Of a stretch of 64,000 nucleotides of DNA, positions 11,272-24,923 are shown piece by piece (position 1 is the stretch's first letter; every line of letters begins with the position of its first letter). A program made the position numbers and the translations under genes. The notes below the pieces were generated by a model. It searched no databases. It was not told where the DNA came from and saw only the letters and a list, made by a program, of their open reading frames with translations. Source of the DNA: Paraspadella gotoi (taxonomy: Eukaryota; Animalia; Chaetognatha); contig CM119265.1 of NCBI GenBank assembly GCA_051294375.1, forward strand, positions 28,426,260 to 28,490,259. Reading direction: 5' to 3'.

Positions 11272-14200
11272 CCTTCTCCTCTCTCTCTCAAAGAGATCCA
11301 AGACGAAGAAGAAGACGACACCGAGAAGTCTTTGGAAGATTTGATAAACGAACTTCGAAAATCCTTGGAGGATAAAGAAGAAGATTTTCTGCGCGAATAC
11401 AGAAAGTACAGCAAGAAATACAGTAAATACGACACCGACTTCGTCGTTAGAGATCATTTTCTTTATGAAAATGTAGGAGGAGAGGAGGAAGAAAAAGAGG
11501 AAGAGGAGGAGGAGGAAGAGCAAGAGGAGGAAGAGGAAGAGGAGGAAGAGGAAGATAAAGACGAGATTTTCCAGCTGCTGACTACTTTCCTAGACATCAA
11601 AGTATGTTCATTTCCTTATCGAGGCTACTTACCAAAAGGTTGTAGCGGTATATTCACACAGCCTGACCTATTTCCACATTGGACCAATCTTCATGGCTCA
11701 GCGTAGGAGCGCACTGTCCGAAATGACTTTATCACTTATGGCTGCTTTGGCCTAGCGTGACGGTACTGGAGCAACCGGTATCTAAGGCAGCCCGCTGTGG
11801 TACTTAATTTGAGTTTATTCTTTATGTCCTTGTATTTCAGTTTACTTAATTATCACAGCCAGCGGTCGCCATAATGCCACAATGCCATAATGATATGCAA
11901 TTAACATCGGAGGATTCCGGGTTCCGTTCCACCTTAAAACCTCACCGAGTCACCGTCTGCCACCGAGAATTTGTTTAAATTGTATTACAATAGCAATTAT
12001 AAACAATTCAATTATGAACATTATTTAAAAAAAAATTACGTTTTTTAATGTTCGCAGTAGGCTATATTTATACTTAGTACTATCATTATAAAAAAATTCA
12101 AAATTGGCTTTTCTTAATTTTGAATTCCTCGTCAAAAGTTGATAAAAGAAAATATAAATCATTTTTATAAATTTATAAATTTCGATCGAATGACAACAAC
12201 AAATGATTTTAAAAATCATTAATGAGAAACTCATAATATCTACAAGGCTGAACAAATTATCTATTTTTATATTATGATTTTTGATCAACTGAATGAAAAT
12301 ATTAAAAAAAAGTGTTATATTTTACCAACTTTTCATGACGAATCCAAATCTGCAAAAAAAAAAAAAAAAAAAATCATTTTGAAATTTTAACATTTATTGG
12401 ATTAGTACTACGTATAAATATAGCTTAATGCGTAAATTTTAAAATTTAATACATAAATCTTCATTAGTACAATGTTGTTCCTTTCTCACTTAAGGATTTG
12501 AATTAAAGTTATATTTAGAATTTTTACTACGCTTTAATAATCAAAGTAATTGAGACGATACAACCTCTGCGGTTATAAATTGATCTTTTTAGTCAACCCC
12601 ATGATGTAACCCTAGCTAAAGAGTGGGACACGAACGCCCTTTGCTGTACAATTTGCGTGACCCCAAAGATCCAGACCCCAAACTCATCGAATGGAACTTA
12701 TCTTTGGTCAGGACGAATCCATCGACAAAGGTTGGAAGGAGTTGGCTCAACCTTTTCTAGATTTTCTGACTAAATGGGGAGAAGAGCAAACAATGTTGAA
12801 GAAATATTATATTAGAGGTAAATTATGAACTGCTCTTATACGAGTGATCTTTTTATACAATTGAAACATACTTTGAAACGTTTTACCACTTCATTTATAT
12901 TGAAGCAAGGTGCTTTGGGTGAGAATAAACGAGACTGTGAGAGAGTCTTGATTGAAAGCTTGCAGGATCTGCTATGTCATTATCTTGTAAGAGTGATGGA
13001 GGCCCTTAAACCACCAAAGCCTGTCAAAGTCAGAGGCAAGATAGCTTATTTATTAGGCCGGAACAGGTTGAAAACTAGAAGTTCTCTCAAATAAATAATG
13101 ATAAAGTGACTGTTAAAGAATATGAAAATAAAAATAATTTTAAAAAATTATCTTATTAATAAGCGCACGGAAGCATTTAAAGATTATTTTATTACTATAT
13201 ATAGTTAAAATTTTTTTTTGAATTTTTCAATTTTTTTTAATGGATTCTGATAGAGCTTTAAAAGTTAGATAAAGGTTATTAATACAAATTTTAAAAAATT
13301 TTGTTGTTTTATTGATAAAAATTTTAAAAAACTGAAAAATTCAGCCAATGATGATGATGATGATGATTTTTTAACGTTTTTTCTTGTTTTTAACCAATTT
13401 TCTTGTCAAAATTTTAAAAAATTGTAGTACTAACTTTCATTTAACTTTTCAAGCTCTATAGGAATCCGTTCTTTAAAAAACTTACTTTTTTAAAAAAATT
13501 TTTTGTCATTTGTTATATATTAATAAATATTTAAAAAGCTTCAGTGCAACAACCCAATGAACTAATTCAAAAAGTTGCATTGAAAATCGATTTAGTAATA
13601 GAAGGAAAAAAGGAATTTTTTTTGAGAGAATTAAAAGTTATAAAAAGTGTTCAATTTTGGCCCGCCCTTATTATTTATGAAATGAATGGATAATTTTTTA
13701 ATATTGGTTGTACCAATTTCATAGCCATCCTCCGCTGTCACCTCACCAATCAGCATCAATTGTCAAGGCATTGCTAAATAGCCCAGGTCTTTCTAAATTA
13801 TTCTCGCAAGCGGCTTAAAATATAATCCAATGGTTATCATGTAGCAAACTATAACTAGTATCTAGTAACTAATTCCCCTCTTGTCCCCATCTCCTCCTCC
13901 TCCTCCTCCTCCTCCTCCTCCCCTTCCATCTCTTCCTCCTTCCTCTCCCCCTCCTCCTCCTCCTCCTCAGAGTTCTCCAATCTTCTCCAGTTTTCTCCAC
14001 CAGACGAACTCAAGAAATTGACTCTCAGAATTTTGAGAAAAACTAGAAAAGGAGTCACTGACTTTGCCGCCATCTTCCGCCAGTTCAGTGAGTCAAGTGA
14101 AAATAATTATACTGCGATGCAGAAATACAATCGTCGGAATATATTGTCAATTTTCTTCGTTTTTTACTGATGCGCCGTGGCAAACGCCGTGGCAAACGCT

Positions 14201-15366
14201 CTCTCTGTGCATATAATTTGCCTGAAGTTGGTTGCTCATTTGTTGAGACAGAAAAATACCTCGATTCTAAGGGACTGCTTGCGCCGCTTTCAGGAATTCT
14301 TAAAAAATATAAGGAATAAAAGAGTGTATGTCATAAAGACAAGTTTTTTATTTATATAATATCATGTCATGTCTTATCATGTGATCACGTGAAAATAAAG
14401 TCACTGCGGCGCAACACATTGGAATTGCCCTTATTGTTAGTTAGAAATGTAGCCTTCAGTCGTGACCCGATGGGTTATTGAGTAATACCATCAGCTCATG
14501 ACCATTAGGTACTGGGATAGATCCCCAATGATACCTACCCTGTGGGAGCGTGGAAAACCCTCAATCCTGGATCCAACAGCAGGACCCATTCCATGGCTGC
14601 TAGAGGGGGTTAAAGAAGTTGCAGATAGCGCTCTTCAACCCACTCAGCTCCTTATCAATAGGAAATCCATGGTCGGTCGGTAGGTTGGTATGTCTGTCCA
14701 TCGGTCTGTCCCATTTACATTTTAAATTGGGTAAAGCTTTATCAACTCAGTATTTATTAAATAGAAAAGTGAGTTGCAGAGGATTTTTCGTGTGCATAAG
14801 TGCATCATGCAGTTAAGAGATCACCGGAAAAAAAATCGATTACACGACCTAAAATACAATGTGGCATAATTAATTAAGTACGGAATCATTTTAGTTGATA
14901 CTCAGCCGACTGATAATATATTATTAGATGCTTCTTGTGCATATGTTTTATATTAAATGCGTCCAGCCTCTTCGGAGGAGTGGGTTCGAAGTCGGGTGTC
15001 GAATATACACGGGATAACAAAATCACTGCGTCGCAACACAACATTTGAATTTCCCTTCTTGTTCTTATTAATCCTTCATATTTGATGAGCCCAAACCCCG
15101 CCTCACATTTGGCCCTTCATCTCCCTTTTCCCTTTCCTCCTCTTCTCCTCTGCCTCCTATTCCCTCCTATTCCCCTCCACCCCCTTCTTCCCCCAGACCC
15201 CCCAAACGACGAGAGCCACCTCGGACTCTTTCGTCGCCTCTTTCTCGCCCTCTCTTCCTTTGGCGGCGAGATCAAAGGAATCGTTTCCATAGCCGACGAT
15301 TACTTCGTTGTCTACAACAACAACATCCACGAGGAATTGATGGAGCATATTGAGGATAGGTGAGGA

Positions 15367-15401
<35 letters not shown>

Positions 15402-15812
15402 TATTCATTCAATAAATCTAATGAATCAAACCAATATGAAGCAATTAATCAAATAATATATTAATCAATCTATTTGACAAATTATCAAATTATCAATCAA
15501 TCAATCAATCAATCAATCAATTTCAAGAGGCAATAAATACATTTTTCGTTCAATTTATTGTTGCGCATCAATTTGATAAAGAATTAATGACTTAAAAAAT
15601 ATTTTAAATCGTTCCCTAAATTATGATTTCAAAACGCATTTACGCATGTATGTTTTTCACAATCTCATTTTATCGATTTTTAAATAGTATAATGTAAGCC
15701 TCACATTAAAATAAGGTTGGACAATTTGATCCAAAATTTGGAAGCGATGGACTCCTTGCTCGTCAGAGTTTTGCTGCAAAAAGTGCTGCAAGTTTACGCC
15801 GATGCAATTTGA
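10559..15812 (+). CDS. Secreted helical protein, paralogue 3, with an expanded poly-Glu exon 2 (exons ~10559-10655, 11293-11601, 12712-12817, 13971-14087, 15197-15359, 15716-15812)
   Basis: Signal peptide MFRFVFLFVLSFVVIEA; SPPDELKKLTLRILRKTRK and FRRLFLALSSFGG align with paralogues 1 and 2; canonical splice sites. Confidence 0.82.
13054..13670. mobile_element. hAT-type MITE (uninterrupted copy, inverted relative to 1197-2708)
   Basis: Exact 8-bp TSD TTATTTAT (13046-13053 / 13671-13678); imperfect TAGG.CGG termini. Confidence 0.85.
14476..14660. repeat. Interspersed repeat, inverted partner of 19690-20045
   Basis: ATTGAGTAATACCATCAGCTCATGACCATTAGGTAC matches the reverse complement of 20009-20044. 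Confidence 0.65.
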
Positions 15813-16572
15813 TTCTACTCAACTGGATAGATATACTTCCTCAGGCCGCTAATGCTGCAAAAAAATTAGCTTGATTTTTTTTATCGCCCAATTTGTAATT
15901 TCTACATAGAATACATACGAGCATTTTATTTTAACTCTTGAAATTTAAAGTTTTTATTGTTTTTAAAAAATATATATATATTTTACTTTGCCCTGTTAAA
16001 AACATGTAATCATAGAGTCGAAATATTGCTGTTTTATTTTAACAAAAAATTCCTTTTGTAAACAATAAAACAAATTGTTTTCTCTAAATTTCAAACACAA
16101 CGAAATACAAAGTTAGAAATTAAATATCAAAGTTTACATTAATTTCCGGGAAGGAACATAAATGGGGCGCTTTAAGAAAATGGCGCCCACAAAATCACTA
16201 AATCACACATTGACGCCAAAACAAAGAAAGTAAAAACTTTTTTTGGATGAAAAAACGAATAAAACGTCTAGAAAACGAAAGGGATTGTGGTTAAACTTAA
16301 TTCAAGCTTTGACCAACGAAGGCGTGAGAAGAAAAATACGAAAACACAAGTGAATCTTTTCGTTTTCCGTGAAAAATCAACAAAAAGTGAAGAAAACGGC
16401 GGAAAGGGAAGCGGGCGGCCGCGGCGGCGTGCGGCTGCGGCGGCGGGTGGCGGCGGTGGCGGGAAAGTTTAAAAGGAAAGGAACGAAAGAATTAAATGAT
16501 TAAAAAAATCCTCTTGCATTTTTTTGTCTAAAAAAGAACCGAGGCAATTTTAAAGAAAGAAAACTTTGAAAA

Positions 16573-16857
16573 ATGTTGATTTATTTTCTTGTATTACATG
16601 TCACTTTGTTAACGAGGTTCTTCGACTGTCGCGTGATTAAAATAAAACCCCATCATGGCGACAATTTAGGTTCGAGACAAAAAAGGTAACGAAGCTATTT
16701 TGAATATCATATCGATCACGATGACTAATGTAACTAATGTCGACTTGGTTTCCAGACAAACTCCAGACTTTCACGGACCTGGATATCAGATGGGAGTCGC
16801 TTATCCTCAGACCATGTCATTCACTGGAACGGATAATGAAGTGATTCTATATTTGGG

Positions 16858-16889
<32 letters not shown>

Positions 16890-18899
16890 TTCTAAATCAA
16901 TCGATATAATAATTGAGGAATTCATCAATTAAATAAACTTATATATCAATTCATTAGTATGTTTTTATGAAGGTCTAAAACTAAGACTTTATATCTGTGA
17001 TTTTTTTCATTAAAACTAAGAAAACTTTTCTAATCTCGAATATCAATTCATCTATTAATTCGTCAGTTACTTCAGGGGCCAATTAATGAATCAATAAGTT
17101 AGCTAATGAGGCAATCAATCAATAAATCAATCATTATGTAATATTATGAATTATTAAATCAATAAATCAATCAACCCATCAATCACTAAATCCGTTAATC
17201 AACCGCCCTCTCTCCCACAGGGTCACAAAATGCACGTTCACTATCACCGTCACAACATGATGAATCACTTGGCCAATTCTCACCAACTTCACCGGGATCA
17301 CGTGAAACACGTAGTCGACCATCACCTCCACGATCACGTGCATCACAATCACTTCAACTTTCAGACGCAACATCATCTTCCTCAGCATTCAGTTCTTCAC
17401 AGGTGTGATCATTTGAAAATGTGAATGAGGGAAATATTTTCTTCTTTTGCTACTTTGCCTTCTTCTCTCTCTCTNNNNNNNNNNCTCTCTCTCCAGATTT
17501 CACTACGACCACCACTCAGCTCATCATCAAGCGAATATGAACAACAAACTATTTTATAGACCCCAAGTCAGTAACGCTTACGCCTTTGTCAAAGATCATC
17601 ATCATCATCACAAGTAAGAACTCATTTAAGTGTTTGTATTGTCTTAATATTAATTCCCTTTCATAGACGAATCATTCAATCAATCAATCAATCAATCAAT
17701 AAATGAATTAATTAATCAACCAATTAATCTATAAATCTATAAATCCCAAAATGTAAACCAATCAATCAATAACTGAATTAGCTAAGTCATCTTACAATCA
17801 TTTCCTCAAATAACTAATTAATAAATCAATTAAGCAAATAACCATTCTAATCAATCAAACAATCAATCTTTGGACCTCAGGCACAAGAGAAACAAGTACC
17901 ACCACAATTATCCATCCGAAGAAGTCGTTGATCATGAATACAGAGATCACGGATCGAGGGGACATTTGAGATTGCAGGTTTCACGGTTTCACTTGTTGTA
18001 CTTGTATTGTATCATAAAAGTTAATGTTTATATGTAAAAACAATTTATTATTAATTTCTCAATTATTACATTAGGGCCATATTTATTACTATTACTTACC
18101 TAATAAAATGTCAAAAATGTAAAAATGTTTTTTTATATAAAAGTATAAGCCACTGAGAAAATTTAAAAATAAAAAAATATATATATACTTATTTACATAC
18201 AAAAAATGTTTGTGATTCACTATTTGAATTTGGATTTTATTTTTTTTTTTTTGAAATTTTCACAACGCTTAACATTACATTACGCCTTATCATTACCAAC
18301 TGACGAAACTTACCATTAACTTACCTCACCCCGCCCACAGCCTGGACAAAACGCTGCGACGTCTCTCTCGATGCCTGATCGGTCAGGCGGCAGTCAAAGC
18401 CATCGACTGTTCGATCCCACGATAGAAGCTCAATCAGGCGCTCAATCTCAATCAAGAATAGACGCCTGGCAACCTTTGCAGAATAATCAGGCGATGCAGT
18501 CTCACGCCGGGATGCAATACCCTTCGCCCATGCAACCAGGGATGGAATATGGGATGCAATCTATGATGCAATCGGGGATCCAATCTGACATGCAAGCAGG
18601 GATGCAAGCAGGGATGCAAGCAAGGATACCATCTGACATACAATCAGGGATGCAAGCAGGGATGCAATCTGACTTACAATCAGGGATGCAAGCAGGGATG
18701 CAAGCAGGGATACCATCTGACATACAATCAGGGATGCAAGCAGGGATACAATCTGACTTACAATCAGGGATGCAAGCAGGGATGCAATCTGACATACAAT
18801 CTGGGATGCAAGGCGTCCCTTCCTATCTTCCTTCGTCCCAAACAGTCGATCTCAATTCTTTTCGACTTTCAAATGATTTCCACCCCGCTGCATCGATCA

Positions 18900-18935
<36 letters not shown>

Positions 18936-19465
18936 GCGGTAGCGCCGATCCGACCATCTCTCGATCTCTCCGCCATACGAACGATGCCGGTGAGGCTGCG
19001 GCGCTATCAGACGGCGCCGTAGATTGGACGTCTTTCGATGCGCCGTCAGAAGCAGACGCCTTGACCGACAAACGACCGACGTCTCTTCGCCGCATGGAGA
19101 AACTTCGCTACGGAGACGACGTCGGGCAAAATGTTCGTGAAGGACTGACCGACATCGAACCGACGCAGCTGTTGACGAGATCGGGACTTTATGAAGGGAG
19201 GCAGCGGATGCAGGAGATGCAGCAGCCGTCGAGATTCGGGCTGCAGATGACGTCGCTGCAAGGAAGAAATTTGCAAAATTGGGGGAGTCCGATGCAGGGA
19301 GGAATCGAAATGCAAAGGATGCAAGAGATGCAGCCGATTCAGCAGGGAAATGCGATGCAGGGGCTGCAGAGAATTCAAGGGATGCAGCAGGGAAATGCGA
19401 TGCAGGGGCTGCAGGGAATGCAGGGGATGCAGCAGGGAAATGCGATGCATAGAAGATTCTTTTAA
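16573..19465 (+). CDS. Secreted His-rich and Met/Gln/Gly-repeat protein (exons ~16573-16685, 16756-16840, 17221-17402, 17497-17613, 17881-17977, 18341-19465)
   Basis: Hydrophobic N-terminus MLIYFLVLHVTLL; exons 3-5 are very His-rich; the last exon has MQAG/MQSD/IQSG tetrapeptide repeats and QQGNAMQG repeats; GT-AG boundaries. Confidence 0.78.
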
Positions 19466-19689
19466 AAAGCGAGATGTGTTTAGGAATTGTCATTGTTGAT
19501 ATTTGTAATAAATACTTTTCATGCTTTTCAGTTTGGGTAATTTATCTAAAAATACTAAAAAAGGCTTTTCCAAGTGGATGCTGTACATGAATTTAGTGAT
19601 AAAGATTGACTGGCGTTTACAGTTATTATGCTGGGAGACAGTTGAAAAAGATGTTTTAATCGGGCTGATATTTAACAAATTGCGCCATT

Positions 19690-20045
19690 ACGGGGCTGTT
19701 TTAAGGAACAATCCCACAATCAAAATGTGGATAGGGGGGTAAGTGGGTTGAGGATCTTCTATGCCCCCTGAGCAGCCATGGAACGGATCCTGAGCTAGGA
19801 TCCAGGCTTGGGGGTTTTCTAGGTCCCCAAGGCGGGTTACAGCCGTCCTCACGGTTCCCGCAGGGTAGGTAGCATTGGGGATCGATCCGGGTACAATCGG
19901 GGATCGATCTCGGTACAATTGGGGATCGATCTCGGTACAATTGGGTATCGATCTCGGTACAATTGGGGATCGATCTCGGTACAATTGGGAATCGATCCCG
20001 GTACGGCGGTACCTAATGGCCATTAGCTGATGGTATTATTCAATG
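19690..20045. repeat. Interspersed repeat containing a 22-bp tandem array (GGGGATCGATCTCGGTACAATT, ~6 units, 19877-20003)
   Basis: Tandem units read directly; inverted similarity to 14476-14660. Confidence 0.8.
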
Positions 20046-21946
20046 AGCCAAAGGTATCTTGCTGGGGTGGGGTGAATTTAGGCAATTCCCGACTACAAAT
20101 ACAAGGGAAATTCTATTTAAATTGTGATTGTTTTACAAAAATAAAATATATATAATTTATATAATAACAAAATATTTGTGCGGATTTTGGGGATTTCTTA
20201 AAACTATACTAGATATACCAATCGTATTTCAATTGAGCTAAACTAATAGTCATAAAAGAAATTCAATAGTACTAAAATTGTGTTTAAACATAAAATTATA
20301 TTGTTAAATAAATTTTTATTCACACATGACGAATAAGATAACAGACTCAGAGAGTAAAAAACAAAAAGTGCCATCTCTGAATCCTATAAAATCTTATAAT
20401 CTTATATCCTATAAAATGGAAAACTTAATGCGGTAGGTCTGCAAAATAAGATCAAAGAAGGATTTTCTTCAAAAGCTAATTTAAAAGAAGTCAATCTAGC
20501 TGCGTCAATCCTCTCTTTTCTCTCACTATCATTTGCTATCTCATTGTCTCTCTCCTTCTCTTTGTTCAATACAAAACGATACTAAAAATTTGTAAACTAT
20601 ATTTAAATATATCAACAAAATTTAACAATTCAAAAGATGCGGTTTAAAAAAATTTCACCAAAAGAAACAAAATTGCAAACAGAGATTTAAAAAGCGGAGA
20701 ACTGTTTCTGTTTTTTAAAAAAAAATTACAAAAATTGTTAAGAAAAGTTAAGAAACTGGATCTTTATCGCAAAACTCTGAGGCACTATCCACATTGCTCC
20801 GTCTTCGTCTCGTCGCGGCGAGAATAGAACAATAGAGAAGAAAAAGAGAAAATGAACTAAAACTCGCCGTGGCGATGGAACAAATGAACCTCATGGAGAA
20901 AAAACTGAACTTCTTCTCTGATAGAGAAGAAAACTGGAAAATGACCTCGACTTTTTGTAGTTTGGGAATTGGAATGGTATATTAGGACTAAGCTCTGACG
21001 AAAAAAGTCAGAGGTTTTTTAATATATTCTTTGACCGGCCAATGTAGATTGATGGCAATATTGCTATTGTTAAGTTTCAAAAAAATCCGACCATAAATAT
21101 AGAAAATATTAACCAAAATCTTCGGAAAATCCACCCCTTCTTTGGAAGATTTTCGCCATATAAGATTTTTCCGAATCTGACTCCCGGTTGAAAACTCTTA
21201 GAATTCCGATCGTGAGCTCCTCTTTTACTTTTACTTTAAATAAAAATTTCACCAAAATGGACTAATTCACTTTACCATGATCGTATCATATTAAAATAAC
21301 CAAATAAAATGTGAAGAAAAATTTTGAGAGCCCTTCAGACATATTTCTATCGGATTCCTGAATTTGAAGTTTATTGTAAAATGACAACATACCTTAAATG
21401 CGTTGACATTGTATTGAAGTTGAGAAATCCCTTTATTTTATATATAAAAATTCGTCAAAAATATTTTCCCGAGCTGACCAGTCTATTTGAACTTGATGGT
21501 TTGATGTCAAAATGATGGTTAATTGTCAAGAGAAAAAAAATGCGAGCCCTTGAGATGTAACAGGATCGGAATCGAGTGTTTTTACATCTGATTTTTACCT
21601 GAATTTTTCCTAGGGGCGTTGACATTATTTGGTAGTCAGATTTTAATGAATATCTCCATTGAAAAAGTCTTCCTCGATTTCTAAGAACGACTTTGATAAA
21701 TCATCAAAAAGAAGATGAATAAAGAAAAAAAAAAGATCATAAGGAATATTAACCAAAGAAACTGTCTTTCCATCTGACATAATTCAACAGGCAATGTCCT
21801 TGCAATTACCAAGGATGCAGCCAGACAATGGTCGTTCAAGGTTGCCAAAAAATAGAGACATTCATCAGAGAACATAATCGAAAACTACACGAAAAGCTCT
21901 TTAATAAGAATTCAAAAATTAAAATAATGAGTTATATCAAAATATC

Positions 21947-22136
21947 ATCGGTAGAAAATGCCGGAACGAACTTATTTTATTGTTCAATCTGTCCTTTGCC
22001 AGCAGCAAAAATACTTCATTGCTTGCTTATCTCAGATTTTAAAAGTCACGCAAGACATCACTTAGCCATGGATGAATTAATCAATGACAGCAATCCCATC
22101 GTGTGCAGTAGAGCGTTCAAATATAACAAAATATAA
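21947..22136 (+). pseudogene. Small ORF with one C2H2-like zinc finger
   Basis: FYCSICP..SDFKSHARHHL pattern only. Confidence 0.3.
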
Positions 22137-23320
22137 GATATTAAATTCCATTCATAATTGTTTTACTGTAATAAGGTCTGAAGAATTCGATGGTGATGAC
22201 CATTTTAATCGAGCCATGACCGGAGAAGCCGGTTCAGGCTCGATTTTGATTCGGGTCAGCTTCTTTGTGACGTCGTCGTCGTCGTCGTCACGCTTTTTTG
22301 TATAAAATCTACTACGCTTTTATAGTTTTGGCTGGACTTACCGTTTTTTTTTAAATAAAAATTATTATTAATTACGATGAAGTTTTATAAAAGTGTGTGA
22401 TCATAGTAAGTTAAAAATTTAGATATGGCTTCTCATCTTGAAAAAGCTCTGATATTTTTTATTACATTTGGATTTAAGTATTTTTTTGTCAGTAATATTT
22501 TATTTAGCCTCCGATTAGTAATTAATTCTTAATTTCAAATTTTGTCTCTCTAAATTTTCTTAGTCTCAAAGTTTAATATCCTGTAGATTCTCAGAGCTCG
22601 GCTCCTATTTTGTAAACATTTAGTGAAATAGATAAACAAAGGAAGAGAGACGGGAAGGAGGCAGAGAATTAAGTGCATTCCATTTTTCGGTTCCAAGGGA
22701 TTAAGTCGATTTATTAACATGGTTTAAAATTACAATTTACAACTTGGGCAATCTACAATTATTTCAGGTAACTTCAAATACTAACTAGACAGATTATGCA
22801 TAATCCAGCTCTCTATCCGTCATCTTTTGAGGGCCACAGACCACGTTACCAACATGGTGGCCAGCGTTGTTCGCTTAACGGACAGCCTCGAAGTTATCTG
22901 TGCGTACGGATATTTGATTTTGTCCGAGTTGATAAGGGGGTGATGTTGAATAATTTTTCTTTTCCCCGAGAGGTTATTAGACTGGTATGAAGGAGTTTTT
23001 CCTGATTATAAATATGGAATTGTTTTGTTTTTATTTCGATTTAGCCTCTCTGACGTTATGATGAATTATTTGGATCGAATTTTCGAGATTTTTGTATAAT
23101 TCTACGAAAACCAAAACATTAATTGGAGCCAAATACATAGATCACGAATGTTTTTTTTTGACAGTTGTTTTTCGGGTTTGAACGATTTCGGTTTTTCTCT
23201 CCACAATCGATTCGGATTACTTGCCATTAAGACGATTGCGAATTTTTCTTCGAAAAGTTGGATTATTGCGTTTTTGCGTGTGTCTCGATCTTGCAAATTT
23301 TAACGACGGAAAGAAGCGGA

Positions 23321-24492
23321 ATGGATGACAACAAGTGGGTCGAGGAGATGGAGTCGATGGACGAACTGGTTGGGAACCTGTCCGTCGGGGACGATTCCTC
23401 TGCGTCAGATGATGAGAGCGCCTTGGGCGCTGTTGGGGGCGCCGGAAGATCAGGTGTTCCCGCGGATACTTTTCGGATGGAGATGATGAGATGGCTGGAG
23501 ATATGAAGTGGACGCTAACGGCTATGGTTTTGGTTGTCATGAATTCGAGAGAGAGAGAAATGCGAGGAATGTGGAGGTTTACCTCCTGGATAGAGAGATG
23601 TTGGCGGTGACGCCGCCCGGCACGATCGACGGGTTCGGAATGGACCTACTGGTTGAGGGGCCGGGAACCGCGCTGGGACACCCGCGGTTTATGCGTCTAT
23701 TTTCGGCGGGGGAAGATGCATGGGGGCGAAGATGCCGCTTAGATTTTATAAATGGACTGACACTCTCTCGATTTGTTCGAGAGTTTTGGGAGAGGAGCGA
23801 GTAGCAAGGCCTCCGAGTCCCGTTACGGACTCCGACTCGGAGAGAAGAAATGCCGCCTCTGGAAAAGGTGGGTAACGACCGATCGGAGCCGGTGGTGGAC
23901 CGGGATGTCGAAGTGGTGCCACTCCTTCAGAGAGTGTGGTATGACCTCGTGAGGAGAATTAATATTCTACCGGCGGTTCCGGCTCAAATGGCGATTGATG
24001 GCCGACTAATCAAAACACGTCGACCATGGTTTACTTAAAAGAATTCGAATAGCCGTTTATGCTGGAGGCGAGCTGCCAGGTTCTTGGAGATGAAAAGAAG
24101 TGGGGTCAAGACAGTGATTCCTTTTTTGAGGATAACTTGTACCCCGTGATGGAAATTCCGCCTATGCGTTCGCTCGTGGATTTCATGGATAGGCATCCTC
24201 GTAAGATTTTTCAAATTCAGACGCGCCCGTTTTTTTGTAGGAAAAACGAGGTTGTGCTAATTCGGCGACGAGGGATCCATGGCACTGGACGACAGCGCCA
24301 TAGATCGATATGAAGGAACGCATAGAAGCGCGGGTCGCCAGATGAGAAGGCAGGTACACCGACAGGACCCTCCGAGAGAAAAGGCCCGTCGTAGGCAACC
24401 GTTGAGATCACACAGGACGTGGTGAATCTTGAATTATTGCTTGAGGAGTGGGACGGTATGCTCCGCTCCAGATTTGCTGGGGACTTGATATC
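23321..24492 (+). pseudogene. Degraded intronless orphan ORF, truncated where the virus-like duplicate begins
   Basis: Consecutive GC-rich ORF pieces 23258-23506, 23508-23804, 23850-24038 and 24059-24313 separated by single stops or shifts. Confidence 0.5.
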
Positions 24493-24493
24493 T

Positions 24494-24923
24494 TCCTACT
24501 ATTAGGGCCAGCAAACCACTGCTAACACTCAGCAAGATCCACAAGTCAGCCAAATTGTCAGAAGATCACAGACAATTAGCTCTGTCCAAGCAGCCATGCA
24601 GTCGACCCAATCTGCCCAAGCTGGATCACAGCATCCCTCACCCCCAAGTAATCAGCATCAACCACAACCACCCCCACAAAGCTCACAGCACCAGCAAAAT
24701 CCGTCCCAAACTGCTCAAAATGATCAAGCTCCAACTCCCCAACCACCACTTCCCTCTGTCAATACCTCACTTCCTGGTCCATCGGGTTTTCGCTAAGAGG
24801 TGAACAGGGTCCCGATGATCACCTCGGCCAAGTAAGGGACACCAACACCTCAGGAAAAGATGCCAGGACTGCAGAGATTTTCTTAACAGACGGATCTATG
24901 TTGATGTTTTAAACGAAAAAAAA
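24494..24923 (+). repeat. ~430-bp duplicate of the ORF1/ORF2 junction of the virus-like cassette (26661-27086)
   Basis: Near-identical sequence from TTCCTACTATTAG to GATGTTTTAAACGAAAA, differing by a few 1-nt indels and substitutions. Confidence 0.95.
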
